A stretch of 48,280 nt of DNA from a virus (IMGVR_UViG_3300030376_006356:1-48280); one strand, 5' to 3'; numbered from the stretch's first letter, positions 29,876 to 38,912 are shown. The notes: generated from the letters alone by a model not told the origin. Program-made: numbers and translations.

Positions 29876-30813
29876 TAACAGGTGGATGTGGTTTTATAGG
29901 TAGTAATTTTGTGAAGCATATGGTTAAGAGTTACTCTAACTATGAGATTACAAATTATGACAAACTAACTTATGCTGGTGACAGAAAAAATGTATCAGAG
30001 TGTGAATATTTTAATAACTATCATTTTGTAAAAGGTGATATTTGTGACTACGATAAACTTAAAGAAACCATTAAAAGTTTAAAGATAGATACGATAATTA
30101 ATTTTGCAGCTGAATCGCATGTAGATAACAGTATAGAAAATTCTGATGAGTTTATCAACACAAATATAAATGGAACTCACACTTTATTAAAATTAATGCA
30201 TGAATTTCCCATAAAGAAATTTATACAAATATCAACTGATGAAGTATACGGAACATTGACAGAAGATGATTTAGCATTTACAGAAAATTCACCACTTAAA
30301 CCAAATAGTCCATATGCGGCTAGTAAGACTGCAGCTGATTTATTATGTAGAAGTTTTTATGAAACATATCAATATCCAATAACGATTACAAGATGTTCTA
30401 ATAACTATGGTTCAAATCAACATAAAGAAAAACTAATACCTAAATTAATATATAATATCAAAGAGGGTAAAAAAGTTCCAATTTATGGTGATGGTAAAAA
30501 TATTAGAGATTGGGTACATGTTCAAGACCATTGTGAAGCTATTGATGTAGTTTTACATAAGGGTGAAGATGGTGAAGTTTATAATATTGGTGGTGAGTGT
30601 GAGATGAGGAATATTTCAATTGTAGACCATTTGTTACTAAACTTTGAACAATCATATGATTTAGTTGAATATGTGGAGGATAGAAAAGGACACGATTGGA
30701 GATACGCGATGGACATAACAAAGATAAGACAGAGACTTGGTTGGAGTCCAAGAATTACTTTTGAAAAAGGTATGAGTGACTTAATGCATGAAGCGATGGG
30801 GTGGAGAGAATGA
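29863..30813 (+). CDS. rmlB: dTDP-glucose 4,6-dehydratase
   Basis: GGCGFIGSNF, DKLTYAG, AAESHVDNS, STDEVYG, YAASK, CSNNYG and RDW motifs. Confidence 0.95.
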   Translation: MRILVTGGCGFIGSNFVKHMVKSYSNYEITNYDKLTYAGDRKNVSECEYFNNYHFVKGDICDYDKLKETIKSLKIDTIINFAAESHVDNSIENSDEFINTNINGTHTLLKLMHEFPIKKFIQISTDEVYGTLTEDDLAFTENSPLKPNSPYAASKTAADLLCRSFYETYQYPITITRCSNNYGSNQHKEKLIPKLIYNIKEGKKVPIYGDGKNIRDWVHVQDHCEAIDVVLHKGEDGEVYNIGGECEMRNISIVDHLLLNFEQSYDLVEYVEDRKGHDWRYAMDITKIRQRLGWSPRITFEKGMSDLMHEAMGWRE

Positions 30814-31646
30814 AATATTTAGTTACAGGTGGTGCAGGATTTATTGGAACGAATTTAATTAAAAGATTATTGAAAGATGGGCATGAGGTTGTTTCACTTG
30901 ACAATTATACAACAGGTGATAGAAAAAATCAATTAGTAGATTGCACATATATCACACTTGATATTACAGAAAGTTTTACTGATTGGGTAGAGAAATTTGA
31001 TGTAATATTTCATTTAGCTGCATTACCGAGAGTTGGTCCATCTTTTACAAATCCAAAAGAGGTTTGTGATGTAAATGTTAGTGGCACACAAAATGTTTTA
31101 GAATATGCTAAAAAACATAACACTCCTGTAATTTACGCTGGTTCAAGTTCATTTTGGGGTGGAGTATATAAAAATCCATATACATTCAGTAAATGGCAGG
31201 GTGAAGAATTGTGTAAAATGTATGAGATGATATATGGATTAAATGTAACCATATGTAGATTTTATAATGTATATGGTGATTTTATGTCAACAGAGGGTGA
31301 ATACAAACTAGCATTATCAATATTTTTAGAACAATATGAAAATGGTGAACCATTAACAATTACAGGTGATGGTGAACAGAGACGAGACTTCACACATGTA
31401 AATGATATAGTTGATGCTATGGTTAAAGTGGTTCAATTAAATAAATGGGGTAGTATCTATGAATTAGGTAGAGGTAAGAATCATTCCATAAATGAAGTTG
31501 TTGATATGTTTGGTAGTGAAAAAACTTATATACCTGAAATAGAAGGAGAGGTTAGAGAGACATTGTGTAGGTCTGAGTTAGCTAGAAAAAAACTAAAATG
31601 GAATCCAAAAATTAATTTAGAGGATTGGATTAAGGAGAAGTTATGA
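30810..31646 (+). CDS. NAD-dependent nucleotide-sugar epimerase/dehydratase
   Basis: GGAGFIG, HLAA, YTFSK, RFYNVYG and GDGEQRRDF motifs. Confidence 0.9.
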   Translation: MKYLVTGGAGFIGTNLIKRLLKDGHEVVSLDNYTTGDRKNQLVDCTYITLDITESFTDWVEKFDVIFHLAALPRVGPSFTNPKEVCDVNVSGTQNVLEYAKKHNTPVIYAGSSSFWGGVYKNPYTFSKWQGEELCKMYEMIYGLNVTICRFYNVYGDFMSTEGEYKLALSIFLEQYENGEPLTITGDGEQRRDFTHVNDIVDAMVKVVQLNKWGSIYELGRGKNHSINEVVDMFGSEKTYIPEIEGEVRETLCRSELARKKLKWNPKINLEDWIKEKL

Positions 31647-32491
31647 ACATAGGAATAGTAGGACAAGGTTATGTGGGAACTGCAGTTAAAGAAGTGTTTA
31701 GTAAACATTATGATGTGGACACATATGATTTAGATAAAGATAAATGTAGTGTTGATTATTTAGAGGACTTGGTTGAATTAACAAATATCATATTCGTGTG
31801 TGTTCCAACACCAATGAAAAAGGATGGTAGTTGTGATACAAGTATAGTTGAGGCTATAGTTAAAGATATAAATGATATGGTTGTAAGTAGGAATGTATCA
31901 GGTAGAATAGTTGCAATTAAATCTACGATACCACCTGGCACAACAAATAGATTAAATAAAGAATGTAAAAACATATCAGTAATATTTAATCCAGAGTTTT
32001 TAACAGAGGCTAATTTCATAGAAGACTTTAGAAATCAGAGTAGAATCATAATTGGTGGTGAAAGACCATCAACAACAAAGTTAAGACAAGTGTATTCATT
32101 AGCGTTTCCTAATGCGAAAATAGTCAAGACAGGTTCTATAACTGCTGAGATGGTTAAGTATTTTACAAATACATTCTTGGCTACAAAAGTATCTTTTGCA
32201 AATGAGATGAAAATGATATGTGATGGTTTAAATATTGATTATGATAAGGTTGTAGAATATTCCACCTATGATGAACGATTAGGTAAATCACATTGGGCAG
32301 TTCCAGGTCCTGATGGTAAATTAGGTTTTGGTGGTAGTTGTTTTCCAAAAGATATTAATGCACTGATAAAGGTGGCTGAAGAATTGGATATATTTACAAG
32401 TGTATTAAATTCTGCATGGGATACTAATTTAGAAGTAAGACCAGAAGAAGATTGGAAAGAATTAAAAGGTAGAGCTGTTGTTGATGAATAA
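31643..32491 (+). CDS. UDP-glucose/GDP-mannose dehydrogenase family, lacking the C-terminal domain
   Basis: GQGYVG, VPTP, KSTIPPG, NPEFL, AEMVKY and GFGGSCFPKD motifs; only 282 aa. Confidence 0.9.
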   Translation: MNIGIVGQGYVGTAVKEVFSKHYDVDTYDLDKDKCSVDYLEDLVELTNIIFVCVPTPMKKDGSCDTSIVEAIVKDINDMVVSRNVSGRIVAIKSTIPPGTTNRLNKECKNISVIFNPEFLTEANFIEDFRNQSRIIIGGERPSTTKLRQVYSLAFPNAKIVKTGSITAEMVKYFTNTFLATKVSFANEMKMICDGLNIDYDKVVEYSTYDERLGKSHWAVPGPDGKLGFGGSCFPKDINALIKVAEELDIFTSVLNSAWDTNLEVRPEEDWKELKGRAVVDE

Positions 32492-32496
32492 AAAGC

Positions 32497-32526
32497 TTGA
32501 CTTATATAGGAAATTATCCTTATATT
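32497..32526 (+). promoter_or_regulatory. sigma70-type promoter (class B)
   Basis: TTGACT-N18-TATATT; same form at 40030, 41865 and 42668. Confidence 0.7.
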
Positions 32527-32560
32527 ATTACTATATAATATAATAAAAAGGATAAAAAAA

Positions 32561-33019
32561 ATGATGAAAAATGTAATTAAATATATATTTATATATATCA
32601 CAATGATGTTAACAATTGGTTGTGAAAGTAATGTATTTGGATTAGATGGTAATCAATGTTCAAATTGTTCTTTGGAATTAGAAGCACCAAACTTACCAAT
32701 GGATGAAAATGGTATTTATCATTTAGATTACATTGATGGTGATTTACAGACATTTACTCAATTGAGAGCATATGTTGGTTATGGTATGGAATACTTGGGG
32801 TGGCAGTCAGATACAGAATATTGTGTTCAAATGTGGAATCATACGGAGTGTAATGATGTAGTGAATCCAGCTAGTTATTCAGGTAGTGATGGTTATGCTA
32901 CACAAATTATGGGTGTTCATCAAGAACACATTGGAGATACAATAACTGTTCATTGTGGTTATTATGATGATTATGGAAATCAGTATTTAAATAGTATAAG
33001 GATAATAATAGATGATTAA
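32561..33019 (+). CDS. Putative lipoprotein
   Basis: Basic N-terminus, hydrophobic stretch, LTIG-C lipobox-like site. Confidence 0.55.
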   Translation: MMKNVIKYIFIYITMMLTIGCESNVFGLDGNQCSNCSLELEAPNLPMDENGIYHLDYIDGDLQTFTQLRAYVGYGMEYLGWQSDTEYCVQMWNHTECNDVVNPASYSGSDGYATQIMGVHQEHIGDTITVHCGYYDDYGNQYLNSIRIIIDD

Positions 33020-33242
33020 TAAATTAGGAAGTTATATAACAAAATTAATGACAATTGTTCTTGATAAAGAACAAGAACAATTTGTTAAGGATTTAGCATT
33101 AAGAGAGATAGAAAAACTTAATGTTGATGTAAACGACTTTATCAGAAAAAATAAAGAAGATGTTTTTGATAGAGCTAAAAAAGAAAAACAAGAAAAAGAT
33201 AAACAACTACTACAGGAGGACAAAAATGTCAAAGATAAGTAG
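33012..33242 (+). CDS. Hypothetical protein
   Basis: Coupled ORF, coiled-coil character. Confidence 0.6.
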   Translation: MINKLGSYITKLMTIVLDKEQEQFVKDLALREIEKLNVDVNDFIRKNKEDVFDRAKKEKQEKDKQLLQEDKNVKDK

Positions 33243-33429
33243 AGAGGGTTATGAACAAATAAAAGTAATCAAAAACGCATTGGATTCAATGTATGATAAA
33301 CTTGATACACAAGTTTTTACCAAAGAGGGTAAAAATTATAAGTCAACTAACTTGTTCAATAGTGTAAAAGATGAGTTTGAAGCTATAGCAGGTATAGTTG
33401 AACAAAGTGGAACTTGGGAGGAAGCGTAA
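33226..33429 (+). CDS. Hypothetical protein
   Basis: GGAGG RBS before ATG 33226. Confidence 0.6.
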   Translation: MSKISREGYEQIKVIKNALDSMYDKLDTQVFTKEGKNYKSTNLFNSVKDEFEAIAGIVEQSGTWEEA

Positions 33430-33662
33430 TGCCAGTTAATAATCCAACAGGTGATTACTTTAACCCACCAAGTAATTTGAGTCAAGACTTTGAAGAATAT
33501 TTATTTGAAGATTTAGAGGTTGATGAATTATTTTGGCAAACTAATAAACCAAAGGAAGAACAAATCCCTTGGCGTAAAACAAGTTTGACAGAGGGAACAA
33601 ATCTGAAAACTCAAAAAACTTATAGTTTTCAAAGAAAAACAAAAGTATTTCAGAAAATATAA
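33429..33662 (+). CDS. Hypothetical protein
   Basis: TAATG coupling at both ends. Confidence 0.6.
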   Translation: MPVNNPTGDYFNPPSNLSQDFEEYLFEDLEVDELFWQTNKPKEEQIPWRKTSLTEGTNLKTQKTYSFQRKTKVFQKI

Positions 33663-34165
33663 TGAGTGCAAATCGTCCTTTAAACATTCCTGGTAGAAGA
33701 AAAGTAATAACCAAGAATATGATTTTAGAGGCTCAGAAACATACGAAGTCCAATATGGCTGCGGCTAAATGGATGAATGTATGTTACACCACTTATAGGA
33801 AATGGGCCAAGTATTATAAAGTATTCGACCAACATTTGAATCAAACAGGTGTGGGTATTCAAAAAGGTTGGGTAAGTAGAACAACAAATGTTGAAGATAT
33901 AATACTTGGTAAGAGAAAAGTTCCAAGAAAGTGGAATCAATCAACAGTCAAAGGTGAATTGATTAAGAAAGGCTATTGGTTGGAAGAGTGTCATAATTGT
34001 GGTTATAATGAAACTAATTTAGCTACTAATGAGGTTTGTTTAGGGGTAGATTTCAAAGATGGTGATAGTAAAAATTGGTTGGATGGTAACATTAGATTAT
34101 TGTGTGCGAATTGTTATTACTCGTTTAATGGTTACTTTCCAAGTGCTAAGAAATTTTGTAAATAG
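33662..34165 (+). CDS. HTH domain plus degenerate HNH zinc-finger protein
   Basis: SNMAAAKWMNVCYTTYRKWAK (HTH); CHNC...VDFKDGD..N...NIRLLCANC. Confidence 0.65.
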   Translation: MSANRPLNIPGRRKVITKNMILEAQKHTKSNMAAAKWMNVCYTTYRKWAKYYKVFDQHLNQTGVGIQKGWVSRTTNVEDIILGKRKVPRKWNQSTVKGELIKKGYWLEECHNCGYNETNLATNEVCLGVDFKDGDSKNWLDGNIRLLCANCYYSFNGYFPSAKKFCK

Positions 34166-34178
34166 GAGATAGTTATAG

Positions 34179-34379
34179 ATGAAAGATGTAAGAGGTTCAA
34201 AGTTAAGTGTCGGTGAAAGAGTTTGTATTCAACAAGATATACCAACAATTGATGGTATGTTGTATGAAAATACCATTGTTAAAGTTGATAGTCTTGAAGA
34301 AAGTAAATTAAGAGTTCAAGACAGAAGTGGAAAACTTTGGTGGGTTCAATATAGTCAAGTGAGTGCGAGTTTTTTATAA
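34179..34379 (+). CDS. Small hypothetical protein, SH3/KOW-like
   Basis: GGAG RBS; LSVGERV and beta-rich pattern. Confidence 0.5.
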   Translation: MKDVRGSKLSVGERVCIQQDIPTIDGMLYENTIVKVDSLEESKLRVQDRSGKLWWVQYSQVSASFL

Positions 34380-34627
34380 TGGGATATGATATGGAAATGG
34401 AAGATTTTCACGAAGATAGAGAGTTTGACGAAAAAGAACTCGAAAGATTAAAAAAAGAAATTTTAGAAGAAGCTAAAAAGGTTGTGGAAAACTATGTTGA
34501 TAACCCAAGTGACATATCAGGTAGTGTGGTTAACATACATGAAAATAGTCCATTCTTAGAAGAAGATGATAAGGGTGAACCAATGTTTAGTGGTAGTCGT
34601 TGGACTAAAATAATAAAGAGTAAATAA
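34379..34627 (+). CDS. Acidic hypothetical protein
   Basis: TAATG coupling. Confidence 0.55.
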   Translation: MGYDMEMEDFHEDREFDEKELERLKKEILEEAKKVVENYVDNPSDISGSVVNIHENSPFLEEDDKGEPMFSGSRWTKIIKSK

Positions 34628-35037
34628 TGTTAATAAGAGAATTTATATCAGAAACAAATAAAAATAAAATGATTTCAGATTTGTTGAAACACTACAAAGT
34701 TGGTAGTGTTAAGGTAAAACAGAAATCAATGAAAGACCACGCACATTACAATGTTGATACAGGTACATTGGAATTATCTACACGATATAAAACCATTAAA
34801 AACAGGCAGTTAGAAGAGTTCTTGATTACAATCATACACGAGATTTATCACGCTATGGATGCTAAGAAATATGGTTGGAAAAAGTTCAAAGAAATGTATG
34901 AATATGAAATGAATTTACAGATAGCTAAAGGTAAACATCAGTATAAAGACAATAAGTATGAAATAAATGCAGAAAACTTTGGACAAAAGAATTGGTCTAA
35001 ATGGAAAAGAAAATTTAAAAAAGAGGGTTTAATATAA
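34627..35037 (+). CDS. Zincin-like metallopeptidase domain protein
   Basis: TIIHEIYH (HExxH) with downstream YEINA. Confidence 0.7.
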   Translation: MLIREFISETNKNKMISDLLKHYKVGSVKVKQKSMKDHAHYNVDTGTLELSTRYKTIKNRQLEEFLITIIHEIYHAMDAKKYGWKKFKEMYEYEMNLQIAKGKHQYKDNKYEINAENFGQKNWSKWKRKFKKEGLI

Positions 35038-35198
35038 TGTATGAATTAGTATTAAGAGATGAAGTAGTGGATAGAGCGCCATTGGCTAACTTAGAACAAG
35101 CTAAAGTATTCTTTATGAAAAGAAAACAAATGACTGAATCACAATTTGATTCAATAGGTTATTCTGTTAGATTGTCACCACCACAAGAAAGAAAATAA
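35037..35198 (+). CDS. Hypothetical protein (53 aa, absent from ORF track)
   Basis: MYELVLRDEVVDRAP...; TAATG coupling. Confidence 0.55.
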   Translation: MYELVLRDEVVDRAPLANLEQAKVFFMKRKQMTESQFDSIGYSVRLSPPQERK

Positions 35199-35203
35199 TT
35201 AAT

Positions 35204-35276
35204 GGGGCTGTAACTCAGTTGGGAGAGTGCTTCCCTTGCACGGAAGAAGTCGTAGGTTCGAATCCTATCAGCTCCA
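35204..35276 (+). tRNA. tRNA-Ala(UGC), CCA not encoded
   Basis: GGGGCTG/CAGCTCC acceptor stem with G3:U70, CTTCC-CTTGCAC-GGAAG anticodon arm, GGTTCGAATCC T-arm, A73 followed by CAA. Confidence 0.97.
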
Positions 35277-35296
35277 CAATCCAAATGTAACAATTC

Positions 35297-35351
35297 TGTT
35301 ACAAACTGTTACAATTTACCTGTTGTAACCTAGCCATATTCTTCGTATATT
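35297..35351 (+). promoter_or_regulatory. Class A promoter cassette 1
   Basis: TGTTACA-aac-TGTTACA, N9, TTGTAA, N17, TATATT. Confidence 0.8.
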
Positions 35352-35389
35352 ATAGTATGATAAGAAATGATAATAAAGGAGAAAAGGTT

Positions 35390-35698
35390 ATGAGTTTTAT
35401 TGATTTAAATAGTGTAGGTTCAACACTTACAGAAGATTTATTAGTATTCCCACAAAATATAGTAGAAGCACCAACAACAGCGAGTGAAGCTGATGAATTG
35501 ATGGGTGTTCACATTTATGATTTAGATAATGAATGGTATTGTAATTTAAGTTCAGATGATTTAAAATCTTTCTTTAATTTCATAGTTGAGGTTAATGAAG
35601 ATAATATGGTTATGTCTGTTTTTAACCAATGGAAGACTCAAATATGGGGTTCTTGGGAAGAATATAATAATTGTTATATGAATTTGGAGGTTGCATAA
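35390..35698 (+). CDS. Hypothetical protein
   Basis: AAAGGAG RBS; first gene after cassette 1. Confidence 0.65.
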   Translation: MSFIDLNSVGSTLTEDLLVFPQNIVEAPTTASEADELMGVHIYDLDNEWYCNLSSDDLKSFFNFIVEVNEDNMVMSVFNQWKTQIWGSWEEYNNCYMNLEVA

Positions 35699-35787
35699 TG
35701 AGTTGTGATAAATGTAAAAAACATAGTTCAACAATAACATATAAAAATAAAAATTATTGCACTTGGTATTGTGCAAAGAAAGGGTAA
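35698..35787 (+). CDS. Tiny Cys-rich protein (29 aa, absent from ORF track)
   Basis: MSCDKC...YCTWYCAKKG; GGAGG RBS and TAATG coupling. Confidence 0.5.
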   Translation: MSCDKCKKHSSTITYKNKNYCTWYCAKKG

Positions 35788-35789
35788 TT

Positions 35790-35996
35790 ATGAGTTTTTT
35801 ATATAAATGGAATGTATCAAATGGAGATGATGTTCAAGTAGAGTATTGTTGGTCATCTGTTGATTATTGTGTTAAGATAGTAGAGATGAGAGTTAATGGT
35901 AAATTTCATCGTGAAACTTGGATGTCACAAAAAGGCAGAGATGAATTAAATAAACTCTTACTTGATGATTACATGAGTAAGAAAAAAGTAGCATAG
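35790..35996 (+). CDS. Hypothetical protein
   Basis: Purine-rich RBS; ends just before cassette 2. Confidence 0.55.
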   Translation: MSFLYKWNVSNGDDVQVEYCWSSVDYCVKIVEMRVNGKFHRETWMSQKGRDELNKLLLDDYMSKKKVA

Positions 35997-35997
35997 T

Positions 35998-36052
35998 TGT
36001 TACATACTGTTACAATTTATTTGTTGTTTATTTGCAATATATTGACTAACTT
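35998..36052 (+). promoter_or_regulatory. Class A promoter cassette 2
   Basis: TGTTACA-tac-TGTTACA, N9, TTGTTT, N17, TAACTT. Confidence 0.8.
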
Positions 36053-36087
36053 ATAGTATGATTAGAAATGATAATAAAGGAGATTTT

Positions 36088-36345
36088 ATGAATGACATCA
36101 CTCAAGGTTACCAACCACTACCAAAAGACGAATTAGGTTTTGATGTAACAATTCACGAAGAAGCTAATGAAGATTGTATCGCTTGTTGGGGTGATGGTGA
36201 GGTTCAATGTTGTGCTGGTGAACATTATTATACAGACACTTGTTATTGTGTCTTGATTAAGTATTGGAAAAAAATTGGTAATAAATTTATGGTTGATGGT
36301 ATGGAAAAACTATTGGCTAATGTAATTAGATTAAAAACACTTTAA
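36088..36345 (+). CDS. Hypothetical protein with CxxCxGxG...CxC motif
   Basis: AAAGGAG RBS; CIACWGDG...CYC. Confidence 0.6.
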   Translation: MNDITQGYQPLPKDELGFDVTIHEEANEDCIACWGDGEVQCCAGEHYYTDTCYCVLIKYWKKIGNKFMVDGMEKLLANVIRLKTL

Positions 36346-36358
36346 AGGAGATTTAAAT

Positions 36359-36550
36359 ATGATAAATAATAACGAATATATTTACGGAGTTCATTGTGGA
36401 GATTCAAATTGTTACGCTTGTGCAACACAACGACACAATTGTGATGAGTTGGATAATTTAGATGCTAAAATGGATGACGCTATTGAAGAGTCAGATGCTG
36501 TGGCTCAATATGAGGGTGGTAATGTTGATATAGATTGGGGTTCAATGTAA
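36359..36550 (+). CDS. Hypothetical protein
   Basis: AAAGGAG RBS. Confidence 0.55.
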   Translation: MINNNEYIYGVHCGDSNCYACATQRHNCDELDNLDAKMDDAIEESDAVAQYEGGNVDIDWGSM

Positions 36551-36777
36551 TGGCTATATTAAAGAAAGATAAATTTAGAAAACGAGTTATTGACTTAAAT
36601 GGTCCTGAAGGTAATGCATTTTGTCTATTAGGAACAGCTATGAGTTTATGTAAACAAATAGGTATAAGTTCTGAAAGAACAGAAGAAATAGTTGATGAAC
36701 TGAAATCATCTGATTACGAACACCTTATACTTACATTTGATAAATATTTTGGTAAATTGGTAGATTTAGAAAGATGA
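36550..36777 (+). CDS. Conserved phage hypothetical protein
   Basis: IDLNGPEGNAFCLLG...DYEHL...FDKYFG, recalled from other phage small proteins. Confidence 0.65.
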   Translation: MAILKKDKFRKRVIDLNGPEGNAFCLLGTAMSLCKQIGISSERTEEIVDELKSSDYEHLILTFDKYFGKLVDLER

Positions 36778-37310
36778 TGACAGAGGGTGATTTAAAATGG
36801 ATAAAGAATTGGCAACCACAACAAATTGGAAATAATATGAATAGATTTTACAAGAAACCTAAACCAGAGACTATGAAGAGGAATAGAGAAACCTATGCAG
36901 AACTCTATAAAGAAGAAATCAAATGGTTTAAGGATAATTTACAGACATTGACAGAAACTAAAAACAATTTTATGATTGAGATGTATACAATATTAATTAC
37001 TGGTGGTAGGAAGATTACACCTAAGATGTCGGATGCTATCAAGAATGGTATCAAGAGATGTAACAACAATCCAAGATTTAATGATGTCGTGAGACTTGAA
37101 CAAGAAACCAAACTAAAACCTATATTAGAGAAAATTGCTATGGTTGAGAGATTAGCTGAAGCTAAAGGTGATAAGGCTTTGGAGTTTGTACAAAGTGTAA
37201 AGAATTATGTTCAGACAAATTACAGAGTATCCAAGAAACAAATGCAAGGTTTGAACAAAGTATATAAAAGATGTAGTGAAGATTTATTTAAAGGAGATGA
37301 AAATGACTAA
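36774..37310 (+). CDS. Hypothetical helical protein
   Basis: 178 aa ORF with two similar segments (KITPKM.. and RVSKKQ..). Confidence 0.65.
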   Translation: MMTEGDLKWIKNWQPQQIGNNMNRFYKKPKPETMKRNRETYAELYKEEIKWFKDNLQTLTETKNNFMIEMYTILITGGRKITPKMSDAIKNGIKRCNNNPRFNDVVRLEQETKLKPILEKIAMVERLAEAKGDKALEFVQSVKNYVQTNYRVSKKQMQGLNKVYKRCSEDLFKGDEND

Positions 37311-37488
37311 ACAAGAGATATTAGATAGAGTACAAAATGTATTAAATCAAGGTGTTGATACAGAATCACAAGATTTAGATTTACTACGGCACGATTTAGA
37401 GAATGATATAATTCAAGGTAAATCAATTAGGAATGAAATAGAAGAACGAATGATAAGAAGAATAAAATTTAATCAGGAGTGTGGATAA
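37303..37488 (+). CDS. Hypothetical protein (starts MTKQEILDR)
   Basis: AAAGGAG RBS. Confidence 0.55.
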   Translation: MTKQEILDRVQNVLNQGVDTESQDLDLLRHDLENDIIQGKSIRNEIEERMIRRIKFNQECG

Positions 37489-37489
37489 G

Positions 37490-37642
37490 ATGACAAAACA
37501 AGAACTATTAGATAGATTAGAAAGAATCAGAGATGGTATATTAGACGCGAGTGATAGACATATGATTGAGGGTATGTGTGAAGATATAACAACTTTAATG
37601 TGGGAAGTTAATACTCAAGGAATCAAGATAGAGGTAAATTAA
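37490..37642 (+). CDS. Hypothetical protein (starts MTKQELLDR, 50 aa, absent from ORF track)
   Basis: N-terminus nearly identical to the preceding ORF; TAATG coupling to the next gene. Confidence 0.55.
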   Translation: MTKQELLDRLERIRDGILDASDRHMIEGMCEDITTLMWEVNTQGIKIEVN

Positions 37643-37899
37643 TGAAGGGGACTAGATTGAAAGATGTATTAGACAATAAAGTATTTAATAAAGATAAGTG
37701 GAATGTAATATTCGGTAAATTAAAAAAACTTGGAACAGCAATAGAGATGTATTATGGTCCAAGTATGAATATTGATAATGTGGATTACAGATGGGTTAAT
37801 GATAGAATTGAATACTATGAATCAGAGAAAAGATTGTTAACCAAAGATGAAATGCAAACGGCTAACGATATGTGGAATAAATATGGGACGAAATCGTAA
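37642..37899 (+). CDS. Hypothetical protein
   Basis: GAGG RBS; coupled. Confidence 0.55.
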   Translation: MKGTRLKDVLDNKVFNKDKWNVIFGKLKKLGTAIEMYYGPSMNIDNVDYRWVNDRIEYYESEKRLLTKDEMQTANDMWNKYGTKS

Positions 37900-38077
37900 G
37901 AAAAAGAAAAAGACTTTACAACAGATAAAAGACTATCTGAATGACCAATCTATTAGGATAAAACAAATCAGTAGAGAGGTGTTTATGGATGCTGATACTA
38001 CGACTCGTGTTCATAAAGATAAGAGGAAGTATAGTAGAAAAATTAAACATAAAAAGAGGTTAGATAAAGATGGATAA
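37883..38077 (+). CDS. Very basic small protein
   Basis: RNRKKKKK...VHKDKRKYSRKIKHK. Confidence 0.55.
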   Translation: MGRNRKKKKKTLQQIKDYLNDQSIRIKQISREVFMDADTTTRVHKDKRKYSRKIKHKKRLDKDG

Positions 38078-38264
38078 AAATCAATACAAAGAATTAGTGG
38101 CTGAATATATGAGAAGAGAATCAAAGTTAAAAGAAGAGAACACTAAGTTACGAATAGCACTGTGTAACCTGAGAGATAACTTTTTAGATATAGGTGGAGA
38201 TGTAAATCAATTAGAGTTATTCGATAAAAATGATGTTAGTCAGTTAAAAATTTTCGAGGATTAA
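38070..38264 (+). CDS. Hypothetical coiled-coil protein
   Basis: GAGG RBS; contains QLELF and QLKIF (sliding-clamp-binding-like peptides). Confidence 0.5.
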   Translation: MDKNQYKELVAEYMRRESKLKEENTKLRIALCNLRDNFLDIGGDVNQLELFDKNDVSQLKIFED

Positions 38265-38309
38265 AAAAGTGGTAAGGAAAATTTTTGTGGTAATGAATAT
38301 ATATAGAGT

Positions 38310-38364
38310 TGTTACATATTGTTACAATATAAATGTAGGATGTTAGCCATTTTATCCTTAATTT
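38310..38364 (+). promoter_or_regulatory. Class A promoter cassette 3
   Basis: TGTTACA-tat-TGTTACA, N9, TAGGAT, N17, TAATTT. Confidence 0.75.
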
Positions 38365-38392
38365 ATAATATGATTAAAAGGGAGTATATTTA

Positions 38393-38497
38393 ATGGAAAC
38401 AATAGTTCAAGAAATAGCCAATGTAGGATTCACTTTATTGGTATTCATAGTAGCGTTGATTATAGTTAATAAATTTAAAGGAGATATGAATGATTAA
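38393..38497 (+). CDS. Small single-pass membrane protein (34 aa)
   Basis: GGGAG RBS; VGFTLLVFIVALIIV. Confidence 0.55.
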   Translation: METIVQEIANVGFTLLVFIVALIIVNKFKGDMND

Positions 38498-38912
38498 TGG
38501 AATAAAACCTCAAATGACAACAACCACCAAGTTACGAATAAAACCGACTTCATTCGATGAGGCTATGGTGGTGTTTTGTAATAAATTAGAAGAGAATTGT
38601 AAGCCTTATGTAGATTCATTTAATCACATGGATTCGGTTACATTTCGTCCAGATGGTGGTGTGAAGTATATCAAGGTTAAATCATTTCAAGTAAATATTG
38701 AAATGAATCACGAGACGGGTGTGAAAACATTAGTTGGTGGTGAAAGAGGTTCAATTCATTGTTTTGTAGAAAAATCGACGGGAGATATATTTAAACCTGC
38801 CGGTTGGAAGACACCTTATACAAAGGGTAACAACGCAGTAAGGGGAAACATATATGATGCGTCTTCTTTCGAAAAAACTGACTTGCATGGTGGGTGGTTG
38901 TATGCTAGATAA
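38490..38912 (+). CDS. Conserved phage hypothetical protein
   Basis: SIHCFVEKSTGDIFKPAGWKTP..G..RGNI, recalled from large-phage early proteins. Confidence 0.7.
   Translation: MINGIKPQMTTTTKLRIKPTSFDEAMVVFCNKLEENCKPYVDSFNHMDSVTFRPDGGVKYIKVKSFQVNIEMNHETGVKTLVGGERGSIHCFVEKSTGDIFKPAGWKTPYTKGNNAVRGNIYDASSFEKTDLHGGWLYAR

Noticed and set aside
2195-32491. Bacterial O-antigen or capsule locus
   Set aside because: No flippase, polymerase, ABC exporter or priming transferase, and the flanks are phage-like. A cellular origin cannot be fully excluded without the rest of the contig.
32584-32595. Third TATATTTATATA copy as a promoter
   Set aside because: It lies within the codons for the lipoprotein signal peptide, and such a low-complexity AT motif can arise by chance.
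37883-38077. ArfA-like ribosome rescue factor
   Set aside because: Only a basic KYSRKxKH tail resembles it; the KGKGSY motif is absent.
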